A stretch of DNA of 64,000 nt from IMG/VR virus record IMGVR_UViG_3300045051_000720, positions 155,465 to 219,464 of that record; one strand, written 5' to 3'. Position 1 is the first letter of the stretch. Each line of letters begins with the position of its first letter. This document shows positions 53,842-63,533 of the stretch, piece after piece. The notes under the pieces were generated by a model that searched no databases, was not told where the DNA came from, and worked only from the letters and a program-made list of their open reading frames with translations. The position numbers and the translations under genes are program-made.

Positions 53842-54135
53842 ATGAAAACTCCCTCCGTCTACTGTGTTCTTAGTCTGAATCAGCTAGAGGCAATGATCAC
53901 CCAAGCCCGCCAGCAAATGGCCATTTCTCGGGATCAAGGTCTCCGGCCGGCCGATTCCGTTAATGGCCAAGCGTGCGCAATCTTCTATGGCGATCGGCAC
54001 GAAGACCGGACGGCAGGCATGGATCAAATCTCCTTCACTATGCTGCGCGACTCCGCTTCTAGTGAACCGGTCTTGCTATTCTCCGCCGCATCTCGCGTGC
54101 CGTCGCTTCCCATCCCCGCGCGCGTTTCCCTCTAA
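53842..54135 (+). CDS. hypothetical protein
   Basis: only credible ORF in the CTAG-rich region. Confidence 0.5.
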   Translation: MKTPSVYCVLSLNQLEAMITQARQQMAISRDQGLRPADSVNGQACAIFYGDRHEDRTAGMDQISFTMLRDSASSEPVLLFSAASRVPSLPIPARVSL

Positions 54136-54242
54136 CCCTCAAGTGTTTACGTCTATGCCTTCCCTCCCTTCCGCTCTTTGCGCCAAGTGTCCGGACGTTG
54201 TTTCGTTCGTTCGCCTTTAAGCCTCTCCCTCCCTACCCTTCG

Positions 54243-54271
54243 CCCTACCCTTACCCGGGTAGGGTTTTTTT
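54243..54271 (+). terminator. intrinsic terminator
   Basis: CCCTACCC-6-GGGTAGGG followed by 7 T. Confidence 0.8.
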
Positions 54272-55409
54272 GTGCCTACACTTCACACACTAGGCGCGCC
54301 TAGGTGTATACCAAGCGCACGCACGCATGCCACATTGCGCCAACGGTCACAGCGTCTCTTAGGAGTATGAGTCTGTCCCTACCTAGTAACCAAGCTCTAG
54401 CATGCGAGCGATAGCAGTGCGGCTCTTTAGTTAGCCGACTAGTCACCCCTTCACTCGCCTAGTTTTGCGCCACTCGCGCGCGACGCTAGGCGCAACTGCG
54501 TCCGGGTTTTGCTCATAGCCTCAGACCGTACCAAACCGGGCTTGCCAACCCTCGCCGCTATAGCCTACGCGCACGAGGCTGTAGAATCAAAAATCCGACT
54601 GTCAGATTGATCTGTGCCTCTAGAGGTAAACCCCCCTTGCTGCGGTCTAGTGGCTGCCGCGCATCAAATCGCCTTAAATCGCACGCAATGGCCATTGCTG
54701 CACAAATCGATGCGACGCAACGAATTGAGTTGTTCTCCCTATTGACAACGCGCCCATCCCCCAGATCAAAATGAGGGATCATCCCGATTGACATAGGGTG
54801 AGCACCCTAACGCGCCTAGGGGGTATTTATTCGAAAAATGGGGGGAAGACCCTACCCCGTCGCGGCGGCGGGGGGCTTACATCCTGCCGCTCAACCCCAT
54901 TTTTCGCAGGCTGCGCAAGGCAGATTTATTCATTTCCTACGTCTGTCTCCCCCTATTCGTTCAGACCACCCTTCAAAAAATCCGCGAGGCAATTTTTCAA
55001 ATTACTGCCACCTTGTGGCCATAGACCCCCTCAACCCACCATTCCTCCGTACTGCCGCCGGTCGCGCTGGCTTCGCGACATAATCATACCTTCCCTCCGC
55101 TTTTTCCCGAGCGACCCGTCGCGCGATCCTGTAGTCCAACCACTGGTCGAATGTCCAACCCTCTGGGCATGAACGCACAACGCGCGATTTGGCCCGGCGA
55201 GGCGACCACGCCGCGATCAGAGCGTTCACTCCCACCCGTACGGCCGACCGACGTGCGATTGATGAGAAAAAAGAGACCAGCGACCTACCCGAGAAAAATG
55301 ATCGGCCAAGCGCGAGACGCATGGCACCATCGTGGCGACGTTCCCTACACCTGTCAAGCACCAAAAACACGGCCCGCCCGCGCGGCGCGCGCCTCGTGTA
55401 TATCACCGT

Positions 55410-56402
55410 ATGAGTCGACTCCTCGCTATCGACGCAGATCTGAGTGCCCCGCCCTCCAGCCCGAGTTGCTTTCGGGATGTCTCGTTGCAAGCGGCTATCC
55501 ATCACTACGATACGATAGCGATCTGCCCACCCGACTGGGTGGACTCCTACGACACGTGGTTCGCCAGCTATGGGCTCTGGGACTACCTCGACGCCATCCT
55601 CACGCCCGCCGAAGCCGAACACGAAGACATCACGATTCATGTCCAAGGTGGCCCCAACGCGCGGCTCAATGTGCTCAACCTTCACGCGGTCATTCGGATG
55701 TTGACATGAGGGGTTAACACACCTACCATGGATTGGTGAACCCACCCTGCGCCGTTCAAGCCTGCCCTGCCAACCGGGACCTTTTCTGCTCGCGACCTAC
55801 CCTAATCCAGATCAACGAGGCAGGGGTATGCAAGACCGGCGCGCGGTTTTTAAGACGCGAGCCCAAGGTCGTCAAGTCACCTTTACGTCGACTAACCCCA
55901 TGTCACTAACCCCCAACTGGATGGTCGAGGACAACCTTGATCGGTCCGTTCGTGACGGAGTCCGGCGCGCCCAGCGGCGCGCATTAGAAATCTGCATCTG
56001 CACGGCCTTTATGACTGCCGACCGCCGCAGTTGGCCGGTAGGTAAAGCCTTCGCCCGCGCCAAGGAGGATATGAGCCCCGACGAGCTGGCCGCCCTCCAA
56101 TCTATTACCTCCTTCGACAACGACCTCCCATGCCCAAGCTCCAACCCCCCGACCTCGACTCATCCGGTCTGACCATCGACTCTCATCTGGCCCTGTGGAC
56201 CGATTTCGCGCGCGATGCGCTGCACGGTATTCTATCCTTCCACGGGACCCACTCGTCACCCAAGTCGATCGCCACCCTAGCCGCTCAAGTGGCCGACGAG
56301 ATGCTCAACCAGCGCGCAGCGCGGCGGGTCGCGCACAAAGACGCCAAGGAAGCCGAGCGCGCTAAGGGACAGATTGGCGCAGTCGTTCAACAATTTGAGT
56401 AA
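55410..56402 (+). other. three hypothetical ORFs (55410-55709, 55900-56172, 56130-56402)
   Basis: + strand ORFs after the non-coding region. Confidence 0.5.
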
Positions 56403-56451
56403 CCTTCCCTCGTAGGGCACTTGGCATAGCGTGTGCAAGACCCCAATCCCT

Positions 56452-56850
56452 ATGATCCAATCCTACCCCATCTCGCGCTATCTACCCGCATTTCGCTCCA
56501 TCCAGCCGCTTTTCAGCGCGTTGGAGCAAACCCTCGACGATTTGGCCTATCCGACCCGCCTCGTGTTGGAGGACGAAACCGACGCCGCCTATGTGCTTAC
56601 CCTCGCGCTGCCGGGGTTCAAGAAGGGCGAGGTTGACGTAGAGGTGAGGGACGACACCCTCGCGGTGTTCGCCTCGCGCAAGGGGACCAAAACCGATCAC
56701 GCCTCAGATCGTCACACAGTCCAGAGGTCCATCACCCTGCCCGGTGACATCGACGCCGCCAAGATCGAGGCGCGGCTTGAAGATGGCGTTCTGACGCTCA
56801 CCCTGCCCAAGACCGCCGCAGCGGTGCCGCGCAAGGTCGACATCAAGTAG
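56452..56850 (+). CDS. Hsp20/alpha-crystallin small heat-shock protein
   Basis: EDETDAAYVLTLALPGFKKGEVDVEV..L.V..RSITLPGDIDAAKIEARLEDGVLTLTLPK. Confidence 0.92.
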   Translation: MIQSYPISRYLPAFRSIQPLFSALEQTLDDLAYPTRLVLEDETDAAYVLTLALPGFKKGEVDVEVRDDTLAVFASRKGTKTDHASDRHTVQRSITLPGDIDAAKIEARLEDGVLTLTLPKTAAAVPRKVDIK

Positions 56851-57349
56851 CGCGCCAGTCCACGTCTCCGTACAGATCGTCGGGTATCACCACGTTGGCC
56901 GGTTTGGCGTGTCGTTCGATGGCGCGTGCAAGGGTGGAGGCCATCTCGGCAGGTGTCCACCCGCTCAGTCCCGCCCCTATCGGGGTGAACAACACCTCCC
57001 GCGTCGGATTGGCTTCTGCCCACTCAAACAGGGCGACAATCTGATCCTCGATGTCGCGCAACGGGGTACTGCGCTTCCAACCGGGCCGCTCGATGGTCTG
57101 GATGGCATAGGACGTGCCTTCGCGGCCTTGTTGCAATCCCCGTGCTACGCCAAACACCGCCCAGCGACCCACCCGATCTGGATGACCCACTGGTGCGCAT
57201 ATGGCAGCGAGGAAGGCGGGATCTGTACGCCATGTGTTGGCGGCGGTACCACGCATAGCCAGCCCAGCCGCTCCTGCACCGTGAAAACCGCTGGCGTTGC
57301 TGCCGAACAGAAACACCTGATGCGGCGCGAGGGTCGTTATCGCCTTCAC
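56843..57349 (-). CDS. macrodomain-like protein (VFVFGSN/HGAGAA family)
   Basis: VFLFGSNASGFHGAGAA..GTSYAIQT..TPIGAGLSGW motifs; GTG start overlaps upstream TGA. Confidence 0.7.
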   Translation of the reverse strand: MKAITTLAPHQVFLFGSNASGFHGAGAAGLAMRGTAANTWRTDPAFLAAICAPVGHPDRVGRWAVFGVARGLQQGREGTSYAIQTIERPGWKRSTPLRDIEDQIVALFEWAEANPTREVLFTPIGAGLSGWTPAEMASTLARAIERHAKPANVVIPDDLYGDVDWRAT

Positions 57350-58314
57350 CCCTTCCACCCCTCCTCGGGCCGCAGGTTTGCTTCCCTCCACTCATCCTCA
57401 TCTTCGGCTGGCAGCATGACACCCGACACCAGCGGCGTACCCTTTTTCTCCGCCGCCTCGGCCAGTTCAGTCAGATCTTTACGATCCGGCCACGGGCCGA
57501 TCGCCCGGAGGAACAAGAGGACCACGCCCTCGTTCTCGTGGCGCGAGTGAAGGGTCACCCGTGCGGTGTATCGCCTCCCGTCGCGGCGCGAGGTGTAGGT
57601 GTAGCGGTAGATGGGGTCGGTCATACCCTCACCGTCCCGTAGTTCTGCCCGCGCTTGCAGAAGGCAAAGGTGCCCACCACCTCGCCGCGCACCATCTCGC
57701 GCGCGAAGCCCGTGTCGAAATCGTCCATGAAAACGGTGAACGCGCGCGCAGTGGTCTTTGACACAAAACACAGGTACGCTGCGCTCCGCCCCCGCCGATA
57801 CCCATCATAGACCAGCGTGTCCTCAAACGGCGCGTTGGGTTTCCATACGATCTGATCGTGCTGACCGACCATCGGTTTGTCGCTGTTCCATCCCTGTTGA
57901 GTCTGCGGCGTGGGGTAGATGACCAAGCCCATCTCCTCGTGGGTGAATGTGCGGATGGGTTCGCGTTTTTGCGCACCATACCCATGCCACCCCCACACAT
58001 CCGTCCCATCCCAATCCTCGGCGCTTAGGTAGCGCGGGTAGGTGGGTTCGGGGTAGTGGAGCTGGTTACCCCACAGGTCGAAGGGGATGGGGCCGGCGTA
58101 GCGTTTACTGCTCATCGGGGAGGTCGAGCGGTTTGGTGGCGGTCAACTCGCATGCCCAGTGTTCCTTCTCGTCAACGGGGTCATCCCACGTGACGAGGTA
58201 GGTCAAGATCCCCTCTGCACGGACCAGATATCCAGTCACCATCCCTTTCCGCTCGGCGTTGACGACGAGATAGATGACCGATCCGATATCGTACTCGGGG
58301 GTGGGGAGTCTCAT
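57346..58314 (-). other. three coupled hypothetical ORFs (57346-57624, 57621-58115, 58105-58314)
   Basis: minus-strand tiling with overlaps. Confidence 0.6.
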
Positions 58315-58814
58315 TGCGCGCGAAACTGGGCCTCCAGTGCACGGCAGGCGGCCTGTTCGGCGGAGGTGAGTTCGGGCGGTCCGTCTGGGTCAAACGAGGC
58401 GAATAGCTCTGCCCACGGTGTGGGCGGCAACCGCACGGGTCGGCGCGGCGCGGTGTAGTCACCTCCTTCTATCCCAACGGACGTTAACGCATCACGATAC
58501 GTCAAGCTGTTGCACAGGCCCGATACGAACGCTATGGCCTCGTCCAGATCGACTCGGAAGAACTCACGTCCCTCGTTCACGCGCGCATTATCAAATCGTT
58601 CATGGGTAAGGCGTTCCGCCTCAAATGCATCGTCGAAGTCGTGGTAGTATGCCAAGATCATCTCTTCGGGTACCCCGGTCCCCGCGCTCAGCTCTTTCGC
58701 TCGCTGAAGGGGGTGCTTGCGCGTGGCCCCGATCTTGACCAACCCGGGCATGTGGGGATTGGCCACCAAGTAGACAAAACCTTGGCGACCGTTGTCAAGA
58801 TAGAGCGAGGACAT
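58311..58814 (-). CDS. T5orf172/MUG113-type GIY-YIG-family nuclease
   Basis: GFVYLVANPHMPGLVKIGAT..P.QRAKEL..TGVP..AE..H..REFF; leaderless promoter TTGACA-17-TACCAT-6-ATG on minus strand. Confidence 0.85.
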   Translation of the reverse strand: MSSLYLDNGRQGFVYLVANPHMPGLVKIGATRKHPLQRAKELSAGTGVPEEMILAYYHDFDDAFEAERLTHERFDNARVNEGREFFRVDLDEAIAFVSGLCNSLTYRDALTSVGIEGGDYTAPRRPVRLPPTPWAELFASFDPDGPPELTSAEQAACRALEAQFRAQ

Positions 58815-58948
58815 ACCCTCATGGTAGCCGGGTTGGACGGGTGTGTCAAGAGGGAGTTGACAAGACCCCGCTAGGTGTATATCATATCTCGATGGGCAAT
58901 CCCGCCCATTACAACCGGGCCGAGTAGTCGGCCTAGAAGGAGTACACC

Positions 58949-59815
58949 ATGACAGCACACATCAATGTGGACCTCAAGGTCCACGTCAACGGCAACGCAG
59001 TTGCTACCTATACCCACGAGGGTCGCACCTACGTGGAGGCTCGCGAGGGGTCTGAATACGCCCTCTTCATCAAGAACAACAACCCCTTCCGCGTGAAGGT
59101 GGTTCTTAGCGTCGACGGAATCAACGTGGTTGGAGGCGAGGCCGCCACAGGCGAGCGCGAGGAGACGGGCTATATCCTCGATGCCTATCAATCGACCACC
59201 ATCAAGGGCTATCGCGTCGATGACAACACCGTCGCCGCTTTTCGCTTCACCAAAGCGGACGGCGGTTATGCCAAGGCCGAGAAGGGCCTGACGGGCACTA
59301 CAGGCGTGATTGGCTGCCGGGTGTGGCGAGAAAAACCCGCGCCCGCACCCGTCATCAAGGAGATCCATCACCATCATGGTTCGTATGGCCAGCTGTGGCC
59401 CTATCGTCCGCGCTACTATGGCGATCCCATCTGGTACTGGAACGACTCATCTTTTTGCACGCTGACGTGCGGTACCAGCAATGTGGCAGGAGGTGCAGTG
59501 GCTTACAACGCCTGTGCGCAAGCGTCTGTCGACAATGCCGTGCGCATGATGAACTGCTCCATGCAGTCCTCGACGCAGTTGGTCCCAGAGACTAACCCCT
59601 TTGACGCCGGGTCTACGTGGGGCGGGAAAGTCGAGTCTAAGGTTACTGCGGTCGGCTTCGAGGCTGAGACCTTGCTGGACACCCTCACCATCTACTACGC
59701 TTTCAAGGCGGGGTTGATGGCGTTGGGCGTAGACACGAGCCGCGCCCAGAAGGTGGCCTTCCCACAAGCGTTTAGCGGGGCCTACTGCAAGCCACCCGCG
59801 AGTTGGGTAGGCTAA
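58949..59815 (+). CDS. conserved hypothetical protein (288 aa)
   Basis: EGSEYALFIKNN..VVLSVDGINV..GYIL..IKGYR..FRF..GVIG motifs; AGGAG RBS. Confidence 0.75.
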   Translation: MTAHINVDLKVHVNGNAVATYTHEGRTYVEAREGSEYALFIKNNNPFRVKVVLSVDGINVVGGEAATGEREETGYILDAYQSTTIKGYRVDDNTVAAFRFTKADGGYAKAEKGLTGTTGVIGCRVWREKPAPAPVIKEIHHHHGSYGQLWPYRPRYYGDPIWYWNDSSFCTLTCGTSNVAGGAVAYNACAQASVDNAVRMMNCSMQSSTQLVPETNPFDAGSTWGGKVESKVTAVGFEAETLLDTLTIYYAFKAGLMALGVDTSRAQKVAFPQAFSGAYCKPPASWVG

Positions 59816-59928
59816 GCGCCGTACACCTGCCGCGCGCCCGTTTCAGGGCCGAGCCCGCGCCGCGCGCGGCGGTGTATCTCTCATCGGTGGGTCACCACCT
59901 GTTCTTTTCTGCGCCAACCCCTCATCCA

Positions 59929-60705
59929 TTGAGCAACAAACGCCGTCTGGCCAAAGCCAAGTCTCATCCTGCCACCACAATTCAGCTTCCCGTTGATCGC
60001 AGTCCAAAGGTCCATCAACGAGACAAGCTGAGTCAAACGCTAGCCATCCGACAACGCGACGATCTAACCGAACGACAGAAGGTCATCCTAGAGACCGCAC
60101 TACATCGCGACACCCGTGCGCTTTTTATTGACGGTGTGTGGGGCAGCGGTAAGACCTATCTCGCTGTACTCGCGTCCCTTATGTTGCTTAACACCGGGCG
60201 TGTTGACCAAATCGTTTACATTCGCAACCCGATTGAGGCTACCACGACAGGCAAGCTGGGTTATCTCAAAGGCGATCAGGGGGAGAAGATGGCTCCTTAC
60301 TGTGCGCCTCTCTATGACAAGCTAGACGAGATGCTCTGCAAGGGAGACATCGACTCTTTGGTCAAGGATGATCGTGTAGAAACACTACCCCTCGGCTTCA
60401 TCCGTGGACGCAGCTGGAACTGCAAAGCCATTATCGTAGACGAGGCCTCGTCTATGACGTGGGACGATCTGTTACTCATCCTCTCGCGATGCGGTGAGTT
60501 CACTCGCGTCTTCCTAATCGGAGACAGTATTAACCAGAACGACATCGGGTCTAAAGCGGGCTTTCGCCGCATGTTTGCTACTTTCGACGACCCCGACAGC
60601 AAGGAGCATGGGGTGTTTGCATTCGAACTGCGCGAACCGAGCGACATCGTGAGGAGTCGGTTTCTACGCTACGTGATGACCAAGACGGGGGTCATAAAAG
60701 GATAG
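59929..60705 (+). CDS. phoH: PhoH-family ATPase
   Basis: Walker A GVWGSGKT, PLGFIRGRSW..IIVDEAS..LSR.GE..GD..Q.D motifs. Confidence 0.9.
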   Translation: MSNKRRLAKAKSHPATTIQLPVDRSPKVHQRDKLSQTLAIRQRDDLTERQKVILETALHRDTRALFIDGVWGSGKTYLAVLASLMLLNTGRVDQIVYIRNPIEATTTGKLGYLKGDQGEKMAPYCAPLYDKLDEMLCKGDIDSLVKDDRVETLPLGFIRGRSWNCKAIIVDEASSMTWDDLLLILSRCGEFTRVFLIGDSINQNDIGSKAGFRRMFATFDDPDSKEHGVFAFELREPSDIVRSRFLRYVMTKTGVIKG

Positions 60706-60729
60706 CCCATCAAGTGTATAGTCAACGTC

Positions 60730-61437
60730 ATGTCTTACGGACTCATCTATCTCGCCACTAATCAAGATAACGGGCTCAAATATATCGGACAGACTGTGGC
60801 TACCCTCATCACGAGACGCCAAAAACACATTGATTCGGTAAACGCGGGTAGCACGACCTATTTTCACAACGCGATGCGTAGTCATGGGATAAACGCATTT
60901 GCGTTTACTGTGATCGATACCGCCGACTCCCAAGATGAACTAGACCGCAAAGAGCGGTATTGGATACAGTATTATGAGACTCGCGAGCGCACTAAGGGAT
61001 ATAACACCAAAGACGGCGGTAAACTAGGTGCCGTCCTCAACGAAGATATTATCCGCAAAATCAGTCAAGCCAATACAGGTAAAAAACGTTCCCCGGAAGC
61101 ACGAGCGAAAATGTCGGCCCGCAAAAAGGGTATCCCTAATCCCGCGCATTCGGAACGGATGAAACGTCTGTTTCAGGAGAGACCTAGCTGGTGGATAGGC
61201 AAGACGCATACCGAGGACACAAAGAGGCTACTGGCCGATAAACACCGAGGCAAACACCATTCGCCACATACGCAATACCCGTCAGTAACTATACAATGCG
61301 TGGAGACGGGTGTAATTTTCCCGTCCATCTCTGCCGCGGCACGCCATGTAGGTGTCAATCCGTCAGGCTTCGACCGGCTTAAAAAACATCCGAATCAGCG
61401 TGTCAAAGGGTTTCATTGGGTGCGTCTGACAGCTTAA
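60730..61437 (+). CDS. GIY-YIG homing endonuclease with NUMOD3-like repeats
   Basis: GLIYLATN..KYIGQT..R..H..E.YWI..GYN; TGKKRSPEARAKMS and GKTHTEDTKRLL repeats; low GC. Confidence 0.9.
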   Translation: MSYGLIYLATNQDNGLKYIGQTVATLITRRQKHIDSVNAGSTTYFHNAMRSHGINAFAFTVIDTADSQDELDRKERYWIQYYETRERTKGYNTKDGGKLGAVLNEDIIRKISQANTGKKRSPEARAKMSARKKGIPNPAHSERMKRLFQERPSWWIGKTHTEDTKRLLADKHRGKHHSPHTQYPSVTIQCVETGVIFPSISAAARHVGVNPSGFDRLKKHPNQRVKGFHWVRLTA

Positions 61438-61441
61438 TTAA

Positions 61442-61570
61442 CCCTCCTACCGCGAGAAGGGTATCCACTACGTATCCTTCACGGAGGATGACATCCTGCG
61501 GTCCGGCATCACCCGCGAACTGGTCAAGGCCCTAGCTGCTTACCGGGCCTCAATCAGGCCAGCTCACTAA
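61442..61570 (+). pseudogene. orphan phoH 3' fragment
   Basis: PSYREKGIHYVSFTEDDILRSGITRELVKALAAY..* with no start codon; parallels the last ~35 aa of the upstream PhoH. Confidence 0.75.
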
Positions 61571-63219
61571 TACTGGACTCCAACCACCCGCCAGTTAGAC
61601 GCATCACTGCGTACGGTCACGCCCTGCCCCTGCCCGCTGACCACCCAGCTGGACAGTCCATTGATGGTCTGAGCACCCACCGGGACCACCGCCACGCGAT
61701 TGGCTGAACTGTCAGTTTTGATCACGGTGAACTGCTGGCCGAGATTGAACTCGGCGGTCGGTAGATAACCCGTGCGCGGCCCCGAGGTGGCGTCCATCAG
61801 CAGCGTGTCCCACCGGAAGTCGAGAGTGGCGTTGGCGGTGGACGAATAGACGGGGACACTGATCGCCTTGTTGAAATCCTGCGTGCCCGGCCCGAGGTTA
61901 CCGAAGGCCTGCGCGCCGCTGATGAATCCCGGCGAAGGGAGGGCCATGAACCCCGCTGAATCAGCGCGGGCAGTGTTGTTGCCCTCGAACAGGAGGCTGC
62001 GGAACCCCACGGTAGCATTGGCGGTATAGAACGAAATACCCGCCACGTCCGCGCGCCCGCTGAACATGTTGCCACAGAGGTTCAGCCCGTTGCAGATGTA
62101 GTCGGCGTCCAAGAACACGAAATCGAAGCCGCTGACCGTGGAGAACGAGTTCCCGCAGATGGACAGATCGTTCCACGCCTTCGCATTGATGCCGTGCGCG
62201 CCGTTGGTGATGCCGATGATCATGGCGATGTTGTTGCCCATGATCTTGATGTTGTCGCTGTACTGGAGGTCCACATGCGTGCCGGTGAAGCCGGTGACGT
62301 GGTTGCCCGTGACCGTGACGAAGGTGGAGCCCGAGTTGAGGCTGATGGCGTTGCCAGTGCTCAGCACACCAGCCGCGGACCGCCCATCAATCGTGTTGCC
62401 CGTCACCGTGACCTCCGAACAGGCGGCCACCTCGATGCCGTACGTGCTCGGCGCGTTGATGACGTTGCCAGACACCGTCATCTTTTTCGATCCAGACAGC
62501 GAGATCCCCATGGTCACGCCGCGAATGGTGTTGCCGGTCACCGCGCAGGAGTCCACGCTCGTTTGCAGCTCAATCCCCTGCACGATGGTACCCTCAAGGA
62601 TGTTGTTCGCGATGGTGTGGCCGCCATAGGGGGCACTCGCTGTCCCATGGAAGGTGATGCCGCTGCCGCCGCTGATGGCCGCACCGAGGTAGTTGCCCAC
62701 GATGCGGCAGTTCACCGGCTGGGTGCCGCCGCTGGTGTTGCCGAAAATCGCGGTGCCGTAGGCGGTGAAGCGGTTATCGCGAATCAGGATGTCCGAGCAC
62801 GCGCCGAGCACGCGCACGCCGCAGTCGGCGGTGTTCTGGAACGTGCAGTCGGCCACCGTGATCTTGGAGCAGGTGATGAGGTCAATCAGCCCGTTGTTGA
62901 CCGCCGCCGCCGCGCTGACCCACGCGCCGTCCAGCGTGAAGCCGTAGAACTGGACGTTCGTGCGGCTGGTGCAGGTGAACATCACGTATTGGGCCTCGCT
63001 GGACCCAATCAGTTTGGCCCCATAGCCCATGAACCGCATGTTGTCGTTGGTGATGGTCAGGGCCGCGCTCAGTTTGTATGTGCGACCGGACTGGAATACG
63101 ACCGACCCGCCCGGCCCAGCCGCCGTGATCGCACGCGTGATGGCCGCGTAATCGTCGATGACGCCATCGCCCACCGCACCATAATCGGCTACGTTGACTG
63201 TATAGGTTGTGTTTGCCAT
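61567..63219 (-). CDS. tailspike/depolymerase-like right-handed beta-helix protein (pectate lyase 3-like)
   Basis: VNVADYGAVGDGVIDDYAAITRAI N-terminus followed by many parallel beta-helix repeats (VTGNTI, ISGNVI); ATG at 63219. Confidence 0.85.
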   Translation of the reverse strand: MANTTYTVNVADYGAVGDGVIDDYAAITRAITAAGPGGSVVFQSGRTYKLSAALTITNDNMRFMGYGAKLIGSSEAQYVMFTCTSRTNVQFYGFTLDGAWVSAAAAVNNGLIDLITCSKITVADCTFQNTADCGVRVLGACSDILIRDNRFTAYGTAIFGNTSGGTQPVNCRIVGNYLGAAISGGSGITFHGTASAPYGGHTIANNILEGTIVQGIELQTSVDSCAVTGNTIRGVTMGISLSGSKKMTVSGNVINAPSTYGIEVAACSEVTVTGNTIDGRSAAGVLSTGNAISLNSGSTFVTVTGNHVTGFTGTHVDLQYSDNIKIMGNNIAMIIGITNGAHGINAKAWNDLSICGNSFSTVSGFDFVFLDADYICNGLNLCGNMFSGRADVAGISFYTANATVGFRSLLFEGNNTARADSAGFMALPSPGFISGAQAFGNLGPGTQDFNKAISVPVYSSTANATLDFRWDTLLMDATSGPRTGYLPTAEFNLGQQFTVIKTDSSANRVAVVPVGAQTINGLSSWVVSGQGQGVTVRSDASNWRVVGVQY

Positions 63220-63233
63220 GGGTGTGGGGGTGC

Positions 63234-63530
63234 TTACATCATGCGGAGCCACGAGCCGCCGTCGCTCTGAAGGACGACACAAGCGTATGGAGTGACCGTG
63301 CAGTTGGTACCGTAGTCCACAGAACCGGTGAGCAGGAGAGACGCGCCGGTATTGATGCTCTTGATCGTGAGTTGAGCGCCGGAGATGACGCTCGGCGCGG
63401 CCAACGTGCCGGTCCACGAGAGTGCTCCTTGGCCCGACCAGAGGTAGCGCGAACCGTAGCCGCTGAGCGTAAAATTGCCGGTCACGTTGGACCAAGGGAG
63501 GAGGGTGAATTGTGTAGGGAAATAGGCCAT
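63234..63530 (-). CDS. small tail-associated protein
   Basis: 98-aa beta-rich ORF ending LQSDGGSW. Confidence 0.6.
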   Translation of the reverse strand: MAYFPTQFTLLPWSNVTGNFTLSGYGSRYLWSGQGALSWTGTLAAPSVISGAQLTIKSINTGASLLLTGSVDYGTNCTVTPYACVVLQSDGGSWLRMM

Positions 63531-63533
63531 GGG

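Noticed and set aside
60700-61445. Group I intron in phoH
   Set aside because: The upstream phoH already has a full C-terminus and stop, and I could not identify P/Q/R/S core elements
62194-63270. Long + strand ORF (358 aa) and other long antisense ORFs such as 3611-4483(-) and 24450-25304(-)
   Set aside because: Shadows of GC-rich genes on the opposite strand; no motifs, promoters or coupling
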